Source of the DNA: Fidelibacterota bacterium
GTDB taxonomy: Bacteria > Fidelibacterota > Marinisomatia > Marinisomatales > S15-B10
DNA length: 48,912 nt
Direction: 5' to 3'
Assembly (NCBI GenBank): GCA_046861655.1
Contig: JBHIAI010000004.1
Location: 1 to 48,912, forward strand
Both the position numbers and the translations under genes were made by a program. Below are positions 8,604-18,888 of the stretch, piece after piece. How positions within the stretch are numbered: position 1 is the stretch's first letter; the number at the start of each line of letters is the position of its first letter. Under the pieces are notes generated by a model. That model ran no database searches, was not told the DNA's origin, and saw only the letters and a program-made list of their open reading frames with translations.

Positions 8604-10871
8604 GTGGACAGGTCTAAACCACTCCTTCTATCCCTTCTCCTCCTCCTTTCAGGAACCGCCGCCCAGGATTTCCTGTGGCCTGTGGACCTGGGCAGAATGT
8701 TATCGTCCAATTTTGGTGAGTTCCGTCCCCGGAGGTTTCATCCCGGCATCGATATCAAGACCAACGGAACTGTGGGCCACGAATTGGCGGCCGTCGATGA
8801 CGGATACATCTGGCGAGTCAAAGTTTCTTCCAACGGGTACGGACGGGCTCTCTACCTGAAACTGGCCACCGGGCAGACGGCCCTCTACGCCCATCTAGAC
8901 CGGTTTTTTCCTCTGATCGACGACTTGGTCAGACTCGAACAGCAGCGACAGAATTCCTACACGGTAGAAAGGTATTTCCCGCCTGACCAGTTTCCGGTCA
9001 AAAAGGGAGACGTGGTGGGATACTCAGGAGAAAGCGGCCGGGCTTCGGGACCGCATCTCCATTTTGAATTGCGGGACAGCGACAACCGCCCGCTGAACCC
9101 CCTTCTTCACGGATTCGAATTGGAGGACCGCCTCCCTCCCCTGCCCCGTGAGCTGGCTGTGGTCCCCTTGAGTACCGACGCCATGATCAACGGCAGCCCC
9201 CTTCCCCAAATCTTTCCCCTTTTTTCTTCCGGACCACGGGAATATGAGTTTCCCGATACCCTCCACGTGTTCGGTACGGTAGGTCTGGAAATCTCCGTGG
9301 TGGACAGGGTACCCGGGGTGTCCAATGAATTGAACATCCACGGTGCCGTCCTGTCCGTGGATGGAGTGGACCGATACAGAATTGAATTCGATCAATTCGG
9401 ATTCGAGAAATCCCATCTCATCGAGATCGAAAGGGACAACAGCTTCCGCCGGCTTAACGACGGTGAATTCCACCGGCTGTTCACGCTCCAGTCGGGCCCT
9501 CAACCCGATTTCGTCAAGACGGAAAACGGGAGCCGGCTTGCATTGAGACCCGGATTTCACCGGGTCAATATTAAACTGTTCGACCCTGCAAGGAATGTGG
9601 TCCGCATACACGGTGTCCTGTACCAGGCTCCCCCTATCCGCATTCAAGCCACGGTTCTCGACCGGTCCGACCGGCTCCTGCGGGTTTCACTGGAACCCAC
9701 AGGCAGCCCCTTTCCCCTTCAGGACATGGTGTGCTACAGCTTCAACCGGAGGGGTTATGTAGAGGAGAAGATAGTGCCTGTGGCATCGCGAAAGGAAGAC
9801 AACCGCCTGGTTGTCGATCTTCCCGGTTCAAGGACCCGTCATCGAATTCTCCAGTTCATCGGGATGGATAGAATGGGTGCGGTGAGCATGCCTTTCCATC
9901 TCCCCATGGGAATCCGGGAATCCGATCCTGCCAGCGTGGAAGCGGACCTGTCTATCAGGCACCTGGAGACCACCGTACTGGTTCAAGTGGAGTACGACCG
10001 GTACCTTCCGGTAACACCCGAAACCGTGCTCAGGGGACCCGGGATAGACGAACCCATCGACATGGTCCAGATTCGTCCCAACACATTTCTCTCCCCGCCT
10101 CTTCCTCCAAGACGTTTTGCCGGAACCCGGGAAGTTGTGGTCACCCTTAGGGGATCCCCGGAAAGGGAAATCCGGTATTCCTTCAAGCCAAAACTTGGCA
10201 GTCAGGCTGCTACCTCCGCCGCTGTTTCTCCCGATGGAAAATGTTCCCTTCAGGCCCTGTCTTCCACCTTCTATGACAGTTCCCTTTTCTGGATAGAAAA
10301 CGTTGAGAATCCCGTCCCGGTCAGAGGAGGTCAGACCGTGGGCGGAACCTATCAACTTCAGCCCTTTGATCGCCCCCTGAAGGACAGCGCCCGGGTGGCC
10401 ATCGCCTTGCCTCAATCCGTCGAGGACCCCTCCGGACTCGGCATATTCTACTACGATAACAGGAAAGGATGGACCTACCTTCCCTCCCGTTTTTCCAGAT
10501 CCCGCCTCGGTGGGATGTTCTTCACTTCGGTGTACAGTCTTGAATCTGTGGCCATCTTGAAAGATACCCGGATGCCCGTGATTAAGGATATCTATCCCGG
10601 CCATGGCGGACGCTACGAAGCGGAGGATGTTCGCGTCCTTTCCGCTGTCGTTGATGATGAACTGGCCGGAATCGGCGATGACAGGGCGATCGAGATGACC
10701 CTTGATGACACCCCTGTCCTGTTCGAGTATCAACCCATCAAGAAGAGCGTGACCTTCCGTCTGGATGAACCCCTTGTCCCGGGACGGCATAAACTCGTCA
10801 TTACCGCCACCGACCAGGTGGGAAATTCTTCGACAGAAGTCGCCATCTTTTCCATAGGAGCTCAGGATTAG
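8604..10871 (+). CDS. Large secreted M23 family metallopeptidase
   Basis: NFGEFR..FHPGIDIK (HxxxD), LYAHL and GPHLHFELRD (HxH). Start placed at GTG 8604, giving signal peptide MDRSKPLLLSLLLLLSGTAA; the track starts at 8556. Confidence 0.85.
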   Translation: MDRSKPLLLSLLLLLSGTAAQDFLWPVDLGRMLSSNFGEFRPRRFHPGIDIKTNGTVGHELAAVDDGYIWRVKVSSNGYGRALYLKLATGQTALYAHLDRFFPLIDDLVRLEQQRQNSYTVERYFPPDQFPVKKGDVVGYSGESGRASGPHLHFELRDSDNRPLNPLLHGFELEDRLPPLPRELAVVPLSTDAMINGSPLPQIFPLFSSGPREYEFPDTLHVFGTVGLEISVVDRVPGVSNELNIHGAVLSVDGVDRYRIEFDQFGFEKSHLIEIERDNSFRRLNDGEFHRLFTLQSGPQPDFVKTENGSRLALRPGFHRVNIKLFDPARNVVRIHGVLYQAPPIRIQATVLDRSDRLLRVSLEPTGSPFPLQDMVCYSFNRRGYVEEKIVPVASRKEDNRLVVDLPGSRTRHRILQFIGMDRMGAVSMPFHLPMGIRESDPASVEADLSIRHLETTVLVQVEYDRYLPVTPETVLRGPGIDEPIDMVQIRPNTFLSPPLPPRRFAGTREVVVTLRGSPEREIRYSFKPKLGSQAATSAAVSPDGKCSLQALSSTFYDSSLFWIENVENPVPVRGGQTVGGTYQLQPFDRPLKDSARVAIALPQSVEDPSGLGIFYYDNRKGWTYLPSRFSRSRLGGMFFTSVYSLESVAILKDTRMPVIKDIYPGHGGRYEAEDVRVLSAVVDDELAGIGDDRAIEMTLDDTPVLFEYQPIKKSVTFRLDEPLVPGRHKLVITATDQVGNSSTEVAIFSIGAQD

Positions 10872-10908
10872 AACAGAATCGAATGTAGAAGCCAAAAGAT
10901 GAGCATTT

Positions 10909-10937
10909 TTCAAGACGCGACGACGAAGGAGTATAAT
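10909..10937 (+). promoter_or_regulatory. Candidate sigma70 promoter for the rhomboid/nucleoside salvage operon
   Basis: TTCAAG-N17-TATAAT. Confidence 0.55.
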
Positions 10938-11025
10938 AGGAACATACTTCGAGGAGGAGCAACGAACCAAATGGCCTCCGCTAAATTGATTCATGTTCAG
11001 ATCCTGAACTCCTAAATTAGGATCC

Positions 11026-11679
11026 ATGTTCTTTCCCTACCGAGACGACAATCCCAGGGTCATCGTACCCTATGTGACCTACACCATCCTGGGGATCAAC
11101 ATTGCCGCCTTTCTTCTTCAGTTGGCAACTCCGCCGGAGGTCACGTATCGGTTCGCCATCATTCCCAAGATGGCCTCCGTGGACCCGGGACACTACGGCC
11201 TGACTCTTTTTACCTCCATGTTCCTTCACGGGGGATTCCCTCACCTGGCTGGAAACATGTTGTACCTATGGATATTTTCCGACAACGTGGAGGGGATTCT
11301 GGGTCATACCAGGTTCACCTTGTTCTATCTGGTTTGCGGCCTGGCCGCGGGACTCCTTCAAACGGTGATCGATCCGGGATCCACCGTTCCTGTTATCGGG
11401 GCCAGCGGTGCCATCGCCGGCGTCCTGGGAGCCTACATGATCACTTTCCCCCGGGCCAGGGTCCACGCCCTCATATTCCTGTTCTGGTATATCACCACCG
11501 TGAGAATTCCCGCCGTTTATGTTCTTGGATTCTGGTTCCTCATCCAGGTAACCAACGGACTGGCCATGATGGGAATCAACACCACTGGAGGGGTGGCCTG
11601 GTTCGCCCATATTGGGGGCTTCGTGGCGGGCATAGGGCTTGTGCGCCTTCTGACTTTGATCCGGGTTGAGAAAATCTGA
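11026..11679 (+). CDS. Rhomboid family intramembrane serine protease
   Basis: TSMFLHGG..HL.GNM, GASGAI catalytic Ser, AHIGGF catalytic His. Confidence 0.95.
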   Translation: MFFPYRDDNPRVIVPYVTYTILGINIAAFLLQLATPPEVTYRFAIIPKMASVDPGHYGLTLFTSMFLHGGFPHLAGNMLYLWIFSDNVEGILGHTRFTLFYLVCGLAAGLLQTVIDPGSTVPVIGASGAIAGVLGAYMITFPRARVHALIFLFWYITTVRIPAVYVLGFWFLIQVTNGLAMMGINTTGGVAWFAHIGGFVAGIGLVRLLTLIRVEKI

Positions 11680-12092
11680 TGGATGCTCTGGTTCAGGCGG
11701 CCCTGGACGCCAGAAAACGTGCCCGGGCCCCCTTTTCAGGGTATGCGGTGGGAGCGGCAGTGAAGACCGCAGATGGGGATGTAATCACCGGAAGCAATGT
11801 GGAGAACAGCAGTCTCGGGTTGACCACCTGTGCCGAACGGGTGGCCCTGACGTCAGCCCTGAGTCAGGGACACGGATCCTTCACGTCCCTGGCCGTCGCC
11901 ACCAGAGACGGGGCCTCCCCCTGCGGAGCGTGCCGTCAGCTGATCTGGGACTTCTGCGGTGATATCCCCATCCTACTGGCCGACGAAAACGGTCAGGTTG
12001 AAACGGTGAGAACCAGGGAACTGTTTCCCCGGCCATTCGGTGACAGCAACCTTACCGCTTCCTCAGGAGGTGTCCAGGACGGGAAAAAATGA
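11679..12092 (+). CDS. cdd: Cytidine deaminase (homotetrameric type)
   Basis: APFS.Y.VGAA, GSNVEN, CAER and PCGACRQ Zn motifs. Confidence 0.95.
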   Translation: MDALVQAALDARKRARAPFSGYAVGAAVKTADGDVITGSNVENSSLGLTTCAERVALTSALSQGHGSFTSLAVATRDGASPCGACRQLIWDFCGDIPILLADENGQVETVRTRELFPRPFGDSNLTASSGGVQDGKK

Positions 12093-12721
12093 ATTCCTCC
12101 ATCCTCATCGGAATCGGCGGAGGGTCGGGATCGGGAAAGACGCTGGTTGCCAAAAACATCTTGAAGGAATTTGGCGAAGGGGAAGTGGTGGTTATCCAGC
12201 AGGACAGCTACTACCGGGATCTGTCTCACCTCCCCTTCGATCAACGGGTTAAGACCAACTTCGACCATCCTGACGCCCTCGATTTTGATCTCCTCCGGCG
12301 ACACCTGAAACAGCTGGCGTCCGGAAAGGCGGTCCAGGTTCCCATCTATGATTTTTCCTCCCATACCCGGATGAGGGAAACCCGAACTGTTGAGCCCCAC
12401 CCCGCCGTCGTCATCGAGGGCATCATGGTCCTCACGGACAGGGACCTGAGGGATTTGCTCCATATTAAGATCTACGTGGAAACCGATGCGGATATTCGAT
12501 TCATCCGCCGTCTCACGCGGGATATTCGGGACCGGGAAAGGACCCACCAGGATGTTATTTACCAATACCTGAAAACCGTCCGTCCCATGCACGAGCAGTT
12601 TGTGGAACCCACGAAAAAGTACGCAGACATCATCATTCCCGAAGGTGGGGAGAATCCGGTGGCCATCGATCTCATCCAGACCAAGATACGATCCCTCCTG
12701 GAGGTCCGGACCCCCGACTAG
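12089..12721 (+). CDS. udk: Uridine kinase
   Basis: GGSGSGKT P-loop, QDSYY, NFDHPDA, RRLTRD, VRPMHEQFVEP.K.YAD. Confidence 0.95.
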   Translation: MNSSILIGIGGGSGSGKTLVAKNILKEFGEGEVVVIQQDSYYRDLSHLPFDQRVKTNFDHPDALDFDLLRRHLKQLASGKAVQVPIYDFSSHTRMRETRTVEPHPAVVIEGIMVLTDRDLRDLLHIKIYVETDADIRFIRRLTRDIRDRERTHQDVIYQYLKTVRPMHEQFVEPTKKYADIIIPEGGENPVAIDLIQTKIRSLLEVRTPD

Positions 12722-13285
12722 ATGCCCACCTTCAGCCCCAGAAACCCCGGATGGATTGAAGTGATTTGCGGCAGTATGTTCAGCGGAAAGACGGAGGAAC
12801 TCATGCGCCGGCTTCGCAGGGCCAGAATTGCTCGACAGAGTGTGCTCATCTTCAAACCGAAAGTGGACAGGCGTTACGCCGAAGGGCATATTGTCTCCCA
12901 CTCCCGGCTGAGAATGGAATCCCGTTCGGTGGAACATCCCCGGGAAATACTGGACCTGGCCAGGGACGCCGATGTGGTGGGAGTGGATGAGGCCCAATTC
13001 TTTGAGACCGATCTTGTTGATGTATGCACCACGCTTGCCTCGCGAAAAAAAAGGGTGATCGTTGCTGGGCTGGACAAGGACTTCCGGGGGGCTCCGTTCG
13101 GGCCCATGCCGGGGCTTTTGAGCGAGGCAGAGTACGTGACCAAGTTTCTCGCCATCTGTGTAAAGTGCGGCAGCCCGGCGAGCTTTACCCAGCGACTCAC
13201 CGGCGACGTGGACCGGATCGTTATCGGAACAACCGACATATACGAAGCCAGATGCCGCCACTGCTATGAGCCTCCCCCCGACTGA
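12722..13285 (+). CDS. tdk: Thymidine kinase (type II)
   Basis: [31 protein letters not shown]...YEARCRHC. Confidence 0.95.
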   Translation: MPTFSPRNPGWIEVICGSMFSGKTEELMRRLRRARIARQSVLIFKPKVDRRYAEGHIVSHSRLRMESRSVEHPREILDLARDADVVGVDEAQFFETDLVDVCTTLASRKKRVIVAGLDKDFRGAPFGPMPGLLSEAEYVTKFLAICVKCGSPASFTQRLTGDVDRIVIGTTDIYEARCRHCYEPPPD

Positions 13286-14502
13286 TGGAACGGTTTACGG
13301 GTATCATCGGTGCTGTCGTCCTTCTGGGAATCGCCTACGGGCTTTCCAATAACCGGAAGGTTATCAGCTGGCGCCTGGTGAGATGGGGGATTCTCCTGCA
13401 GGTTCTGTTTGCCCTGTTCATCCTGAAAACCCCTGTAGGACAGCCCTTCTTCGGAGCCATGGACAGGGCCATTCGGAGACTGTTGAGTTTCTCCGATGCG
13501 GGCAGCGACTTTCTGTTCAAGGCCTTTTCCAGCGGCGCGGTGGAAGCTCCACTCATGAACTTTGCTTTCCGGGTGCTACCCACGATCATCTTTTTCTCCT
13601 CCCTCATGGCGGTTCTGTACTATCTGGGGGTCATGCAGTGGATCATACGGTGGATCGCCCGGGCCATGCAGAAAACCATGGGTACCAGCGGAACGGAAAC
13701 GTTGAGCGTGTCCGCCAATATTTTTGTAGGTCAGACCGAAGCTCCCCTCATGGTTCGCCCTTTCGTGGCCACCATGACCCGGTCAGAATTGATGGCGGTC
13801 ATGACCGGTGGCTTCGCCACCGTGGCCGGTGGCGTCATGGCTATCTACGTGAAAATGTTAAGTGACGTTCCGGGCATAGCGGGTCACCTCATGGGAGCGT
13901 CTATCATGAGCGCCCCGGCAGCCATGGTCATGGCCAAGATCATATACCCCGAAACAGAGGAATCAGAAACCCTGGGCGAATTGAGGATTTCTGTGGAAAG
14001 AGTGGATGACAACGCCGTGGAAGCCCTGGCCCGGGGGGCCACCAGCGGTCTGAAACTGGCTGCCAATGTGGCGGCCATGCTGGTTGCCTTTGTGGCCATG
14101 GTAGCCATGATAAACTTCCTTCTGGGACTGGTGGGATGGTCACTTCAGGAGATCCTGGGTATCGTTTTCCGGCCCCTGGCCTGGACCCTGGGCGCCCCCT
14201 GGGCTGAGGCCGGTACCCTCGGGGCACTCATGGGAGAGAAACTTGTTCTGACGGAACTGATTGCGTATGCCGACCTGAGTGAATTGAGATCCGCTCAGGC
14301 CATCTCCGATCGCACCGCAATCATCGCCAGTTACGCCCTGTGTGGTTTCGCCAATTTCGCTTCCATTGGGATTCAGCTGGGAGGGATTGGGGGTATCGCC
14401 CCCAGCCGCAGAAAAGATCTGGCTAAGCTGGGAATGAAGGCCATGATCGCGGGTGCCCTCGCCTCATGGATGACGGCGAGTATTGCCGGAATCCTGGTGT
14501 AA
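13285..14502 (+). CDS. nupC: Concentrative nucleoside transporter (CNT/NupC family)
   Basis: FAFRVLPTIIFFSS, ANIFVGQTEAP, GGFATVAG, YALCGFANFASIGIQ. Confidence 0.95.
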   Translation: MERFTGIIGAVVLLGIAYGLSNNRKVISWRLVRWGILLQVLFALFILKTPVGQPFFGAMDRAIRRLLSFSDAGSDFLFKAFSSGAVEAPLMNFAFRVLPTIIFFSSLMAVLYYLGVMQWIIRWIARAMQKTMGTSGTETLSVSANIFVGQTEAPLMVRPFVATMTRSELMAVMTGGFATVAGGVMAIYVKMLSDVPGIAGHLMGASIMSAPAAMVMAKIIYPETEESETLGELRISVERVDDNAVEALARGATSGLKLAANVAAMLVAFVAMVAMINFLLGLVGWSLQEILGIVFRPLAWTLGAPWAEAGTLGALMGEKLVLTELIAYADLSELRSAQAISDRTAIIASYALCGFANFASIGIQLGGIGGIAPSRRKDLAKLGMKAMIAGALASWMTASIAGILV

Positions 14503-14513
14503 GCCGGAGTTCC

Positions 14514-15191
14514 ATGATGAGGCTGGTTTTTCTGGGACCTCCGGGAATTGGGAAAGGGACCCAGGCTAAGGTCCTGGGGGAAACGTATTCCCTGGTCCAC
14601 CTCTCCACCGGGGATATCCTGCGCAAGGAAATCAGCGAAGAGACCAAACTGGGACGCTTGGCCCGCTCCTACATTGACAGGGGAAAACTGGTTCCCGATT
14701 ACATCATGCTGGACATGATGACGCTGCGACTCCAACAGGATGATGTCCGGAACGGGTACATCCTTGACGGATTCCCCCGGACAGTGTCCCAGGCTGAGGG
14801 ACTTGATTCCCTTCTCCGTGACCTGGGCCAGACCCTGGACGCCGTCATCGCCCTGGAAGGTACCGAACCGGTCGTTGCGGAAAGACTCTCCAACCGCCGA
14901 ACCTGCAGGAGATGTGGTGCTATTACCAACCTGATAACCCGTTCCCCGAAGCGGCCCGGCCGGTGTGATAACTGCGGGGGAGAACTCTATCAGAGAGCCG
15001 ATGACACTCCCCAGGTGATCCGGAAGCGCCTCGCTGTATACCGCCGGCAGACTGAACCGCTCATAGACTATTATGGTCACCGCTCCCTGTTGAAGACCGT
15101 GGACGGCTCGGGAACCGTTGAGGAGGTTACGGAAAACATCATCAACGCACTGTCCCGGCCCCGCGGGGTACCAGGAGAAACACCATGTTGA
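14514..15191 (+). CDS. adk: Adenylate kinase with Zn-binding LID
   Basis: GPPGIGKGTQA, STGDILR, LDGFPRT..QA, CRRC...CDNC LID, QRADD. Start moved to the ATGs at 14514/14517 after the GGAG SD. Confidence 0.93.
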   Translation: MMRLVFLGPPGIGKGTQAKVLGETYSLVHLSTGDILRKEISEETKLGRLARSYIDRGKLVPDYIMLDMMTLRLQQDDVRNGYILDGFPRTVSQAEGLDSLLRDLGQTLDAVIALEGTEPVVAERLSNRRTCRRCGAITNLITRSPKRPGRCDNCGGELYQRADDTPQVIRKRLAVYRRQTEPLIDYYGHRSLLKTVDGSGTVEEVTENIINALSRPRGVPGETPC

Positions 15192-15778
15192 AGGTAGGCA
15201 TTACAGGGGGAATCGGGAGTGGCAAGAGCCTGGCCAGCCAACGGATGAAGGAACTCGGCGCCCTCGTATTTGACGCTGATTATGAGGCCAAGAAGATTCT
15301 TAAGGAAAATGAAAAGGTCCAGAAGGATCTGATTCAGGAATTTGGCTCTGACATCCTGAACCCGGACCGGTCCATCAGCGAGCGGAAACTGGCCCTGACC
15401 GGTTTTTCCAACGAAGAAAACCAGGCCATCTTGAATGCCATCATCCACCCTTATGTCTTTGATGAAATCGACCATCAGTACGAAACGGCAAGGGAAAAGG
15501 GGGACACACCCATTTTTCTGGTGGACGCCGCCCTTATCTACGAATCGGGCCTGGATCAGCATCTTGACTACGTGATCGTGGTGACGGCCCAGTACGGACT
15601 TCGCATGCAAAGGGCCCTCCAGAAGGGTAAACTCTCCCGCGAGGAGATTCAAAAACGGATGGACCTTCAGCTTCCTGAGGAATCCAAGGTAGGTATGGCC
15701 GACTTTGTGGTGGACAATAACGGATCAGAAGAAGACCTGGTTAGACAGGTGGATGATATTTTCAAGAAACTGGTCTGA
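15185..15778 (+). CDS. coaE: Dephospho-CoA kinase
   Basis: GITGGIGSGKS, DAD, LNAIIHP, AD..VDNNGS. Confidence 0.95.
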   Translation: MLKVGITGGIGSGKSLASQRMKELGALVFDADYEAKKILKENEKVQKDLIQEFGSDILNPDRSISERKLALTGFSNEENQAILNAIIHPYVFDEIDHQYETAREKGDTPIFLVDAALIYESGLDQHLDYVIVVTAQYGLRMQRALQKGKLSREEIQKRMDLQLPEESKVGMADFVVDNNGSEEDLVRQVDDIFKKLV

Positions 15779-15780
15779 AG

Positions 15781-17991
15781 ATGACTTCCCGTATTCCCCC
15801 TGCGTCCTCCCCCAGACGCTTCGGCGCTTTCCAGGGGGTGTTCACCCCCACCATCCTCACCATCCTGGGGGTTATCATGTTTCTCAGGCTGGGATGGGTG
15901 GTGGGCAACGCCGGTTTCGGCGGTGCCCTCGTTATCATTCTCCTCGCAAAGCTGGTAACAGTCTCCACCGGACTCGCCATGTCCTCCATGACCACCAACA
16001 TCAAGATCGGGGCGGGGGGCTCCTACGCCATCATTTCCCGATCTTTGGGACTGGAGATTGGAGGAGCCGTGGGTATCCCCCTGTACATTTCCCTGACCCT
16101 CGGCGCGGCCATGTATATTGTAGGGTTTGCGGAGGGGTGGCTGGCCATCTTTCCCCATCACGATCCCCTTCTGGTGAAAACAGTTACCCTTGCGGCCCTT
16201 CTGATCATCTCTTATGTCGGTGCCCATGTGGCGTTGAAGATCCAGTACGTGATTCTCACCATTATCGTGGCTTCTCTCATCTCCCTTCTTCTGGGAAAGG
16301 GTCAGGGGAATCCGCAGATCCTCCTGTGGGGTTCCTTCGAACAGGCGCCTTTTTGGAAGGTCTTCGCCATTTTCTTTCCAGCCGTCACGGGTATCGAGGC
16401 CGGGGCGGCCATGTCGGGAGATCTGAAAGACCCCAAGCGAAGCCTTCCCATCGGCATCCTGGGGGCCATCGGAATCTCTCTGATCGTCTACATAGGTTTG
16501 GCCTTCTGGTATGATCGATTCGTGACCAGGGATCTTCTCCTCACAAACTACACGGTCATGATGGATGTGGCCAGGTGGCGGTCAATCGTCATCGGCGGCC
16601 TGTTGGGTGCCTCTCTGTCATCGGCCCTGGGAAGTATCGTGGGCGGACCCAGAACCCTGATGGCCCTGGGTCAGCACAAGGTCGTACCCTTCGCCAAATA
16701 CTTTGCCCGCCGCAGCGAAAAGGGGGAGCCTCGAATCTCCATCGTGTTTACTGCGGTGCTCATCATGATTAGCCTGGTGCTGGGTGAACTCAATACCATT
16801 GCGCCCCTGCTCACCATGTTTTTTCTCATCACGTACGGAACGATCAATGCCGCAGTATTCATTGAAAAAAAGATCGGCATTCCCTCCTACCGACCCAGCT
16901 TTGATATTCCTCTCTTGATCCCTTTCGTGGGGGGAACCTGGTGCTTTCTGGCCATGTTCCTGATCAACCCCGTGTTCGCCGCAGTCTCTATAGTCGTCAT
17001 TATCATCGTCTACATCCTCCAGGTCCGGTTAGGGCACTCCGCCCCCTGGGGGGACGTGAGGGCCGGGGTCTTTACCGCCATCGCTGAATGGGCCATTCGC
17101 ATGGCCTCACTCATGCCCCACACCGCCAAGACATGGAAACCCAACCTCATGGTTCCCGTAGAGGATCCTCAGTACTGGAAAATGAGAATGGATCTAATCC
17201 GCGACATCGTGTTCCCCAAGGGAAGTGTCCGAGTGTTGAGCGTCAGAACGGGAAACCACGGCCTGAAGGAACGAATAGACCTGATGGTGAACCTCCTTTT
17301 TCGCCGGGAACAGGAAACCAGACCGGAACCCACTCCCTCTCACGTAGAGGAAGACCTGGCGAAACTCGTCCGGCCCCTGAAAGAGGACGGCATTCTGGCC
17401 GCCTCCACCCTCATCGACGCCGACGACTTCCTGGAGGGGATCAGTATTGTTACTCAGACCTTGCGGGACATGCCCCTTCCTCCCAACGTTATGTTTCTGT
17501 CTATGAGCGACGATCCGGAAAAGGACGAATCCCTGAAACAACTAATTTCCATCGCCGTTCGGGAAGAAATGGGTATCATCGTCCTCAACCGACATTCCGA
17601 AAAGGGATTCGGGGATGAACAACACATCAACCTCTGGATGAGGGGCGGCAGTCCAAACCGAAACCTTTCCCTCCTCACCGCCATTCAGCTGGAGCGAAAT
17701 TGGAACGGTCATCTTCGCCTCATTCGCGTGGTGGGTGATCCGGCGGATACGGAAAAAGCCAGGGTCGGACTCCGGCAGGTTGCCCACCGGGGCCGGCTTC
17801 CCGTGGACGTAGAAAAACAGGTCCTGCAGGGGAACTTCCTGGACATACTTTCCCAGGCACCGGAAGCCGATCTGAATATGTTCGGCATGACATCCGATCT
17901 GGACGTCGATACGATGCACACCCTGTCCCACACCTGCGACACCGCCTGCGTGTTCATCAGGGATTCGGGGCAGGAAAGTGCCCTGGTTTAA
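15781..17991 (+). CDS. Prokaryotic cation-chloride cotransporter (SLC12/CCC-like, APC superfamily)
   Basis: FG...GVFTPTILTILGVIMFLRLGWVVG.AG, GGSY.IISRSLG.EIGG..G, FAIFFPAVTGI.AG..MSGDLKDP, PSYRPSF, W.PN, and a large cytoplasmic C-terminal domain. Confidence 0.88.
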   Translation: MTSRIPPASSPRRFGAFQGVFTPTILTILGVIMFLRLGWVVGNAGFGGALVIILLAKLVTVSTGLAMSSMTTNIKIGAGGSYAIISRSLGLEIGGAVGIPLYISLTLGAAMYIVGFAEGWLAIFPHHDPLLVKTVTLAALLIISYVGAHVALKIQYVILTIIVASLISLLLGKGQGNPQILLWGSFEQAPFWKVFAIFFPAVTGIEAGAAMSGDLKDPKRSLPIGILGAIGISLIVYIGLAFWYDRFVTRDLLLTNYTVMMDVARWRSIVIGGLLGASLSSALGSIVGGPRTLMALGQHKVVPFAKYFARRSEKGEPRISIVFTAVLIMISLVLGELNTIAPLLTMFFLITYGTINAAVFIEKKIGIPSYRPSFDIPLLIPFVGGTWCFLAMFLINPVFAAVSIVVIIIVYILQVRLGHSAPWGDVRAGVFTAIAEWAIRMASLMPHTAKTWKPNLMVPVEDPQYWKMRMDLIRDIVFPKGSVRVLSVRTGNHGLKERIDLMVNLLFRREQETRPEPTPSHVEEDLAKLVRPLKEDGILAASTLIDADDFLEGISIVTQTLRDMPLPPNVMFLSMSDDPEKDESLKQLISIAVREEMGIIVLNRHSEKGFGDEQHINLWMRGGSPNRNLSLLTAIQLERNWNGHLRLIRVVGDPADTEKARVGLRQVAHRGRLPVDVEKQVLQGNFLDILSQAPEADLNMFGMTSDLDVDTMHTLSHTCDTACVFIRDSGQESALV

Positions 17992-17994
17992 ACC

Positions 17995-18888
17995 ATGTCT
18001 GTGGGAGAGACCATAACCTACCACGCCCTCCGTCTCGCCCGCACCGTTATCCTGCACCTGCCCCCCGGGACGGCGGCAACGGCGGGAGAGCGACTGGGTG
18101 CCCTGCTGTACTCCCGCTTCCCCGTCAGAAAACAGGAGGCCCTGAAACACCTCTCACTGGCCTTTCCCCACCGGAACAGGGCCTACCGTCTTCGTCTGCT
18201 GAAGAAGGTGTATGTCCACTTCGGACAGATGGTGGTTGACCTGTTGAGACTGGAAGCCATGGATCTCGACCACGACATCGTGGTGGAAAACCTCTCCTGC
18301 TTGGAAGGGGCCCTGAAGGAAAACAAGGGAGTCATACTGCTTTCAGGTCACCTGGGGAACTGGGAACTGATCCCCGCCTGGTGCGTCCAGCATGGGTACC
18401 CTCTGTATCCCGTGGTGAAAAGACAGAAGAACGATGGTGCCAACCGGTTCCTGATGGACCTGAGAAAGAGGTCGGGATCCGTGCCCGTTTACCGGAATAG
18501 CTCCAGTCACTACATGATCCAGGTCTTGAGAAAGCGCCATATCCTGGCACTCGCCAGCGATCAGCATGCCCCGAAGGGCGGGATCCCGGCTGTGTTCTTC
18601 GGCTCCCCCGCCTCCACTGCCCGGGGCCTGGCCATTTTTCACCGGAGAACGGGAGCACCCCTGATCATGGCCTACTGCCTCCGGGCTGGAAAGGGAACCT
18701 ATCACCTCAAATTCCAGGACGTTCCCCTGGACCCGAACGGCACTGAATCTGTGGCGGCCATTACTCAACGGTTTACCTCTCTCCTGGAGGAGGAAATCCG
18801 GTTGTTCCCCGAGCAGTATTTCTGGTTTCACCGGAGGTGGAAGCCCAGTCCTGAAAAAAAGCTCTCAACCTATGGCTCCCATCTGTAA
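17995..18888 (+). CDS. lpxL: Lipid A secondary acyltransferase (LpxL/HtrB family)
   Basis: HLGNWE motif, DQ, FFG.PA.T, PEQYFWFHRRWK. Confidence 0.88.
   Translation: MSVGETITYHALRLARTVILHLPPGTAATAGERLGALLYSRFPVRKQEALKHLSLAFPHRNRAYRLRLLKKVYVHFGQMVVDLLRLEAMDLDHDIVVENLSCLEGALKENKGVILLSGHLGNWELIPAWCVQHGYPLYPVVKRQKNDGANRFLMDLRKRSGSVPVYRNSSSHYMIQVLRKRHILALASDQHAPKGGIPAVFFGSPASTARGLAIFHRRTGAPLIMAYCLRAGKGTYHLKFQDVPLDPNGTESVAAITQRFTSLLEEEIRLFPEQYFWFHRRWKPSPEKKLSTYGSHL

Noticed and set aside
9828..11027. 399-aa minus-strand ORF
   Set aside because: Antisense shadow of the M23 gene.
11993..13261. 422-aa minus-strand ORF
   Set aside because: Antisense shadow of udk/tdk in GC-rich DNA, with no motifs.
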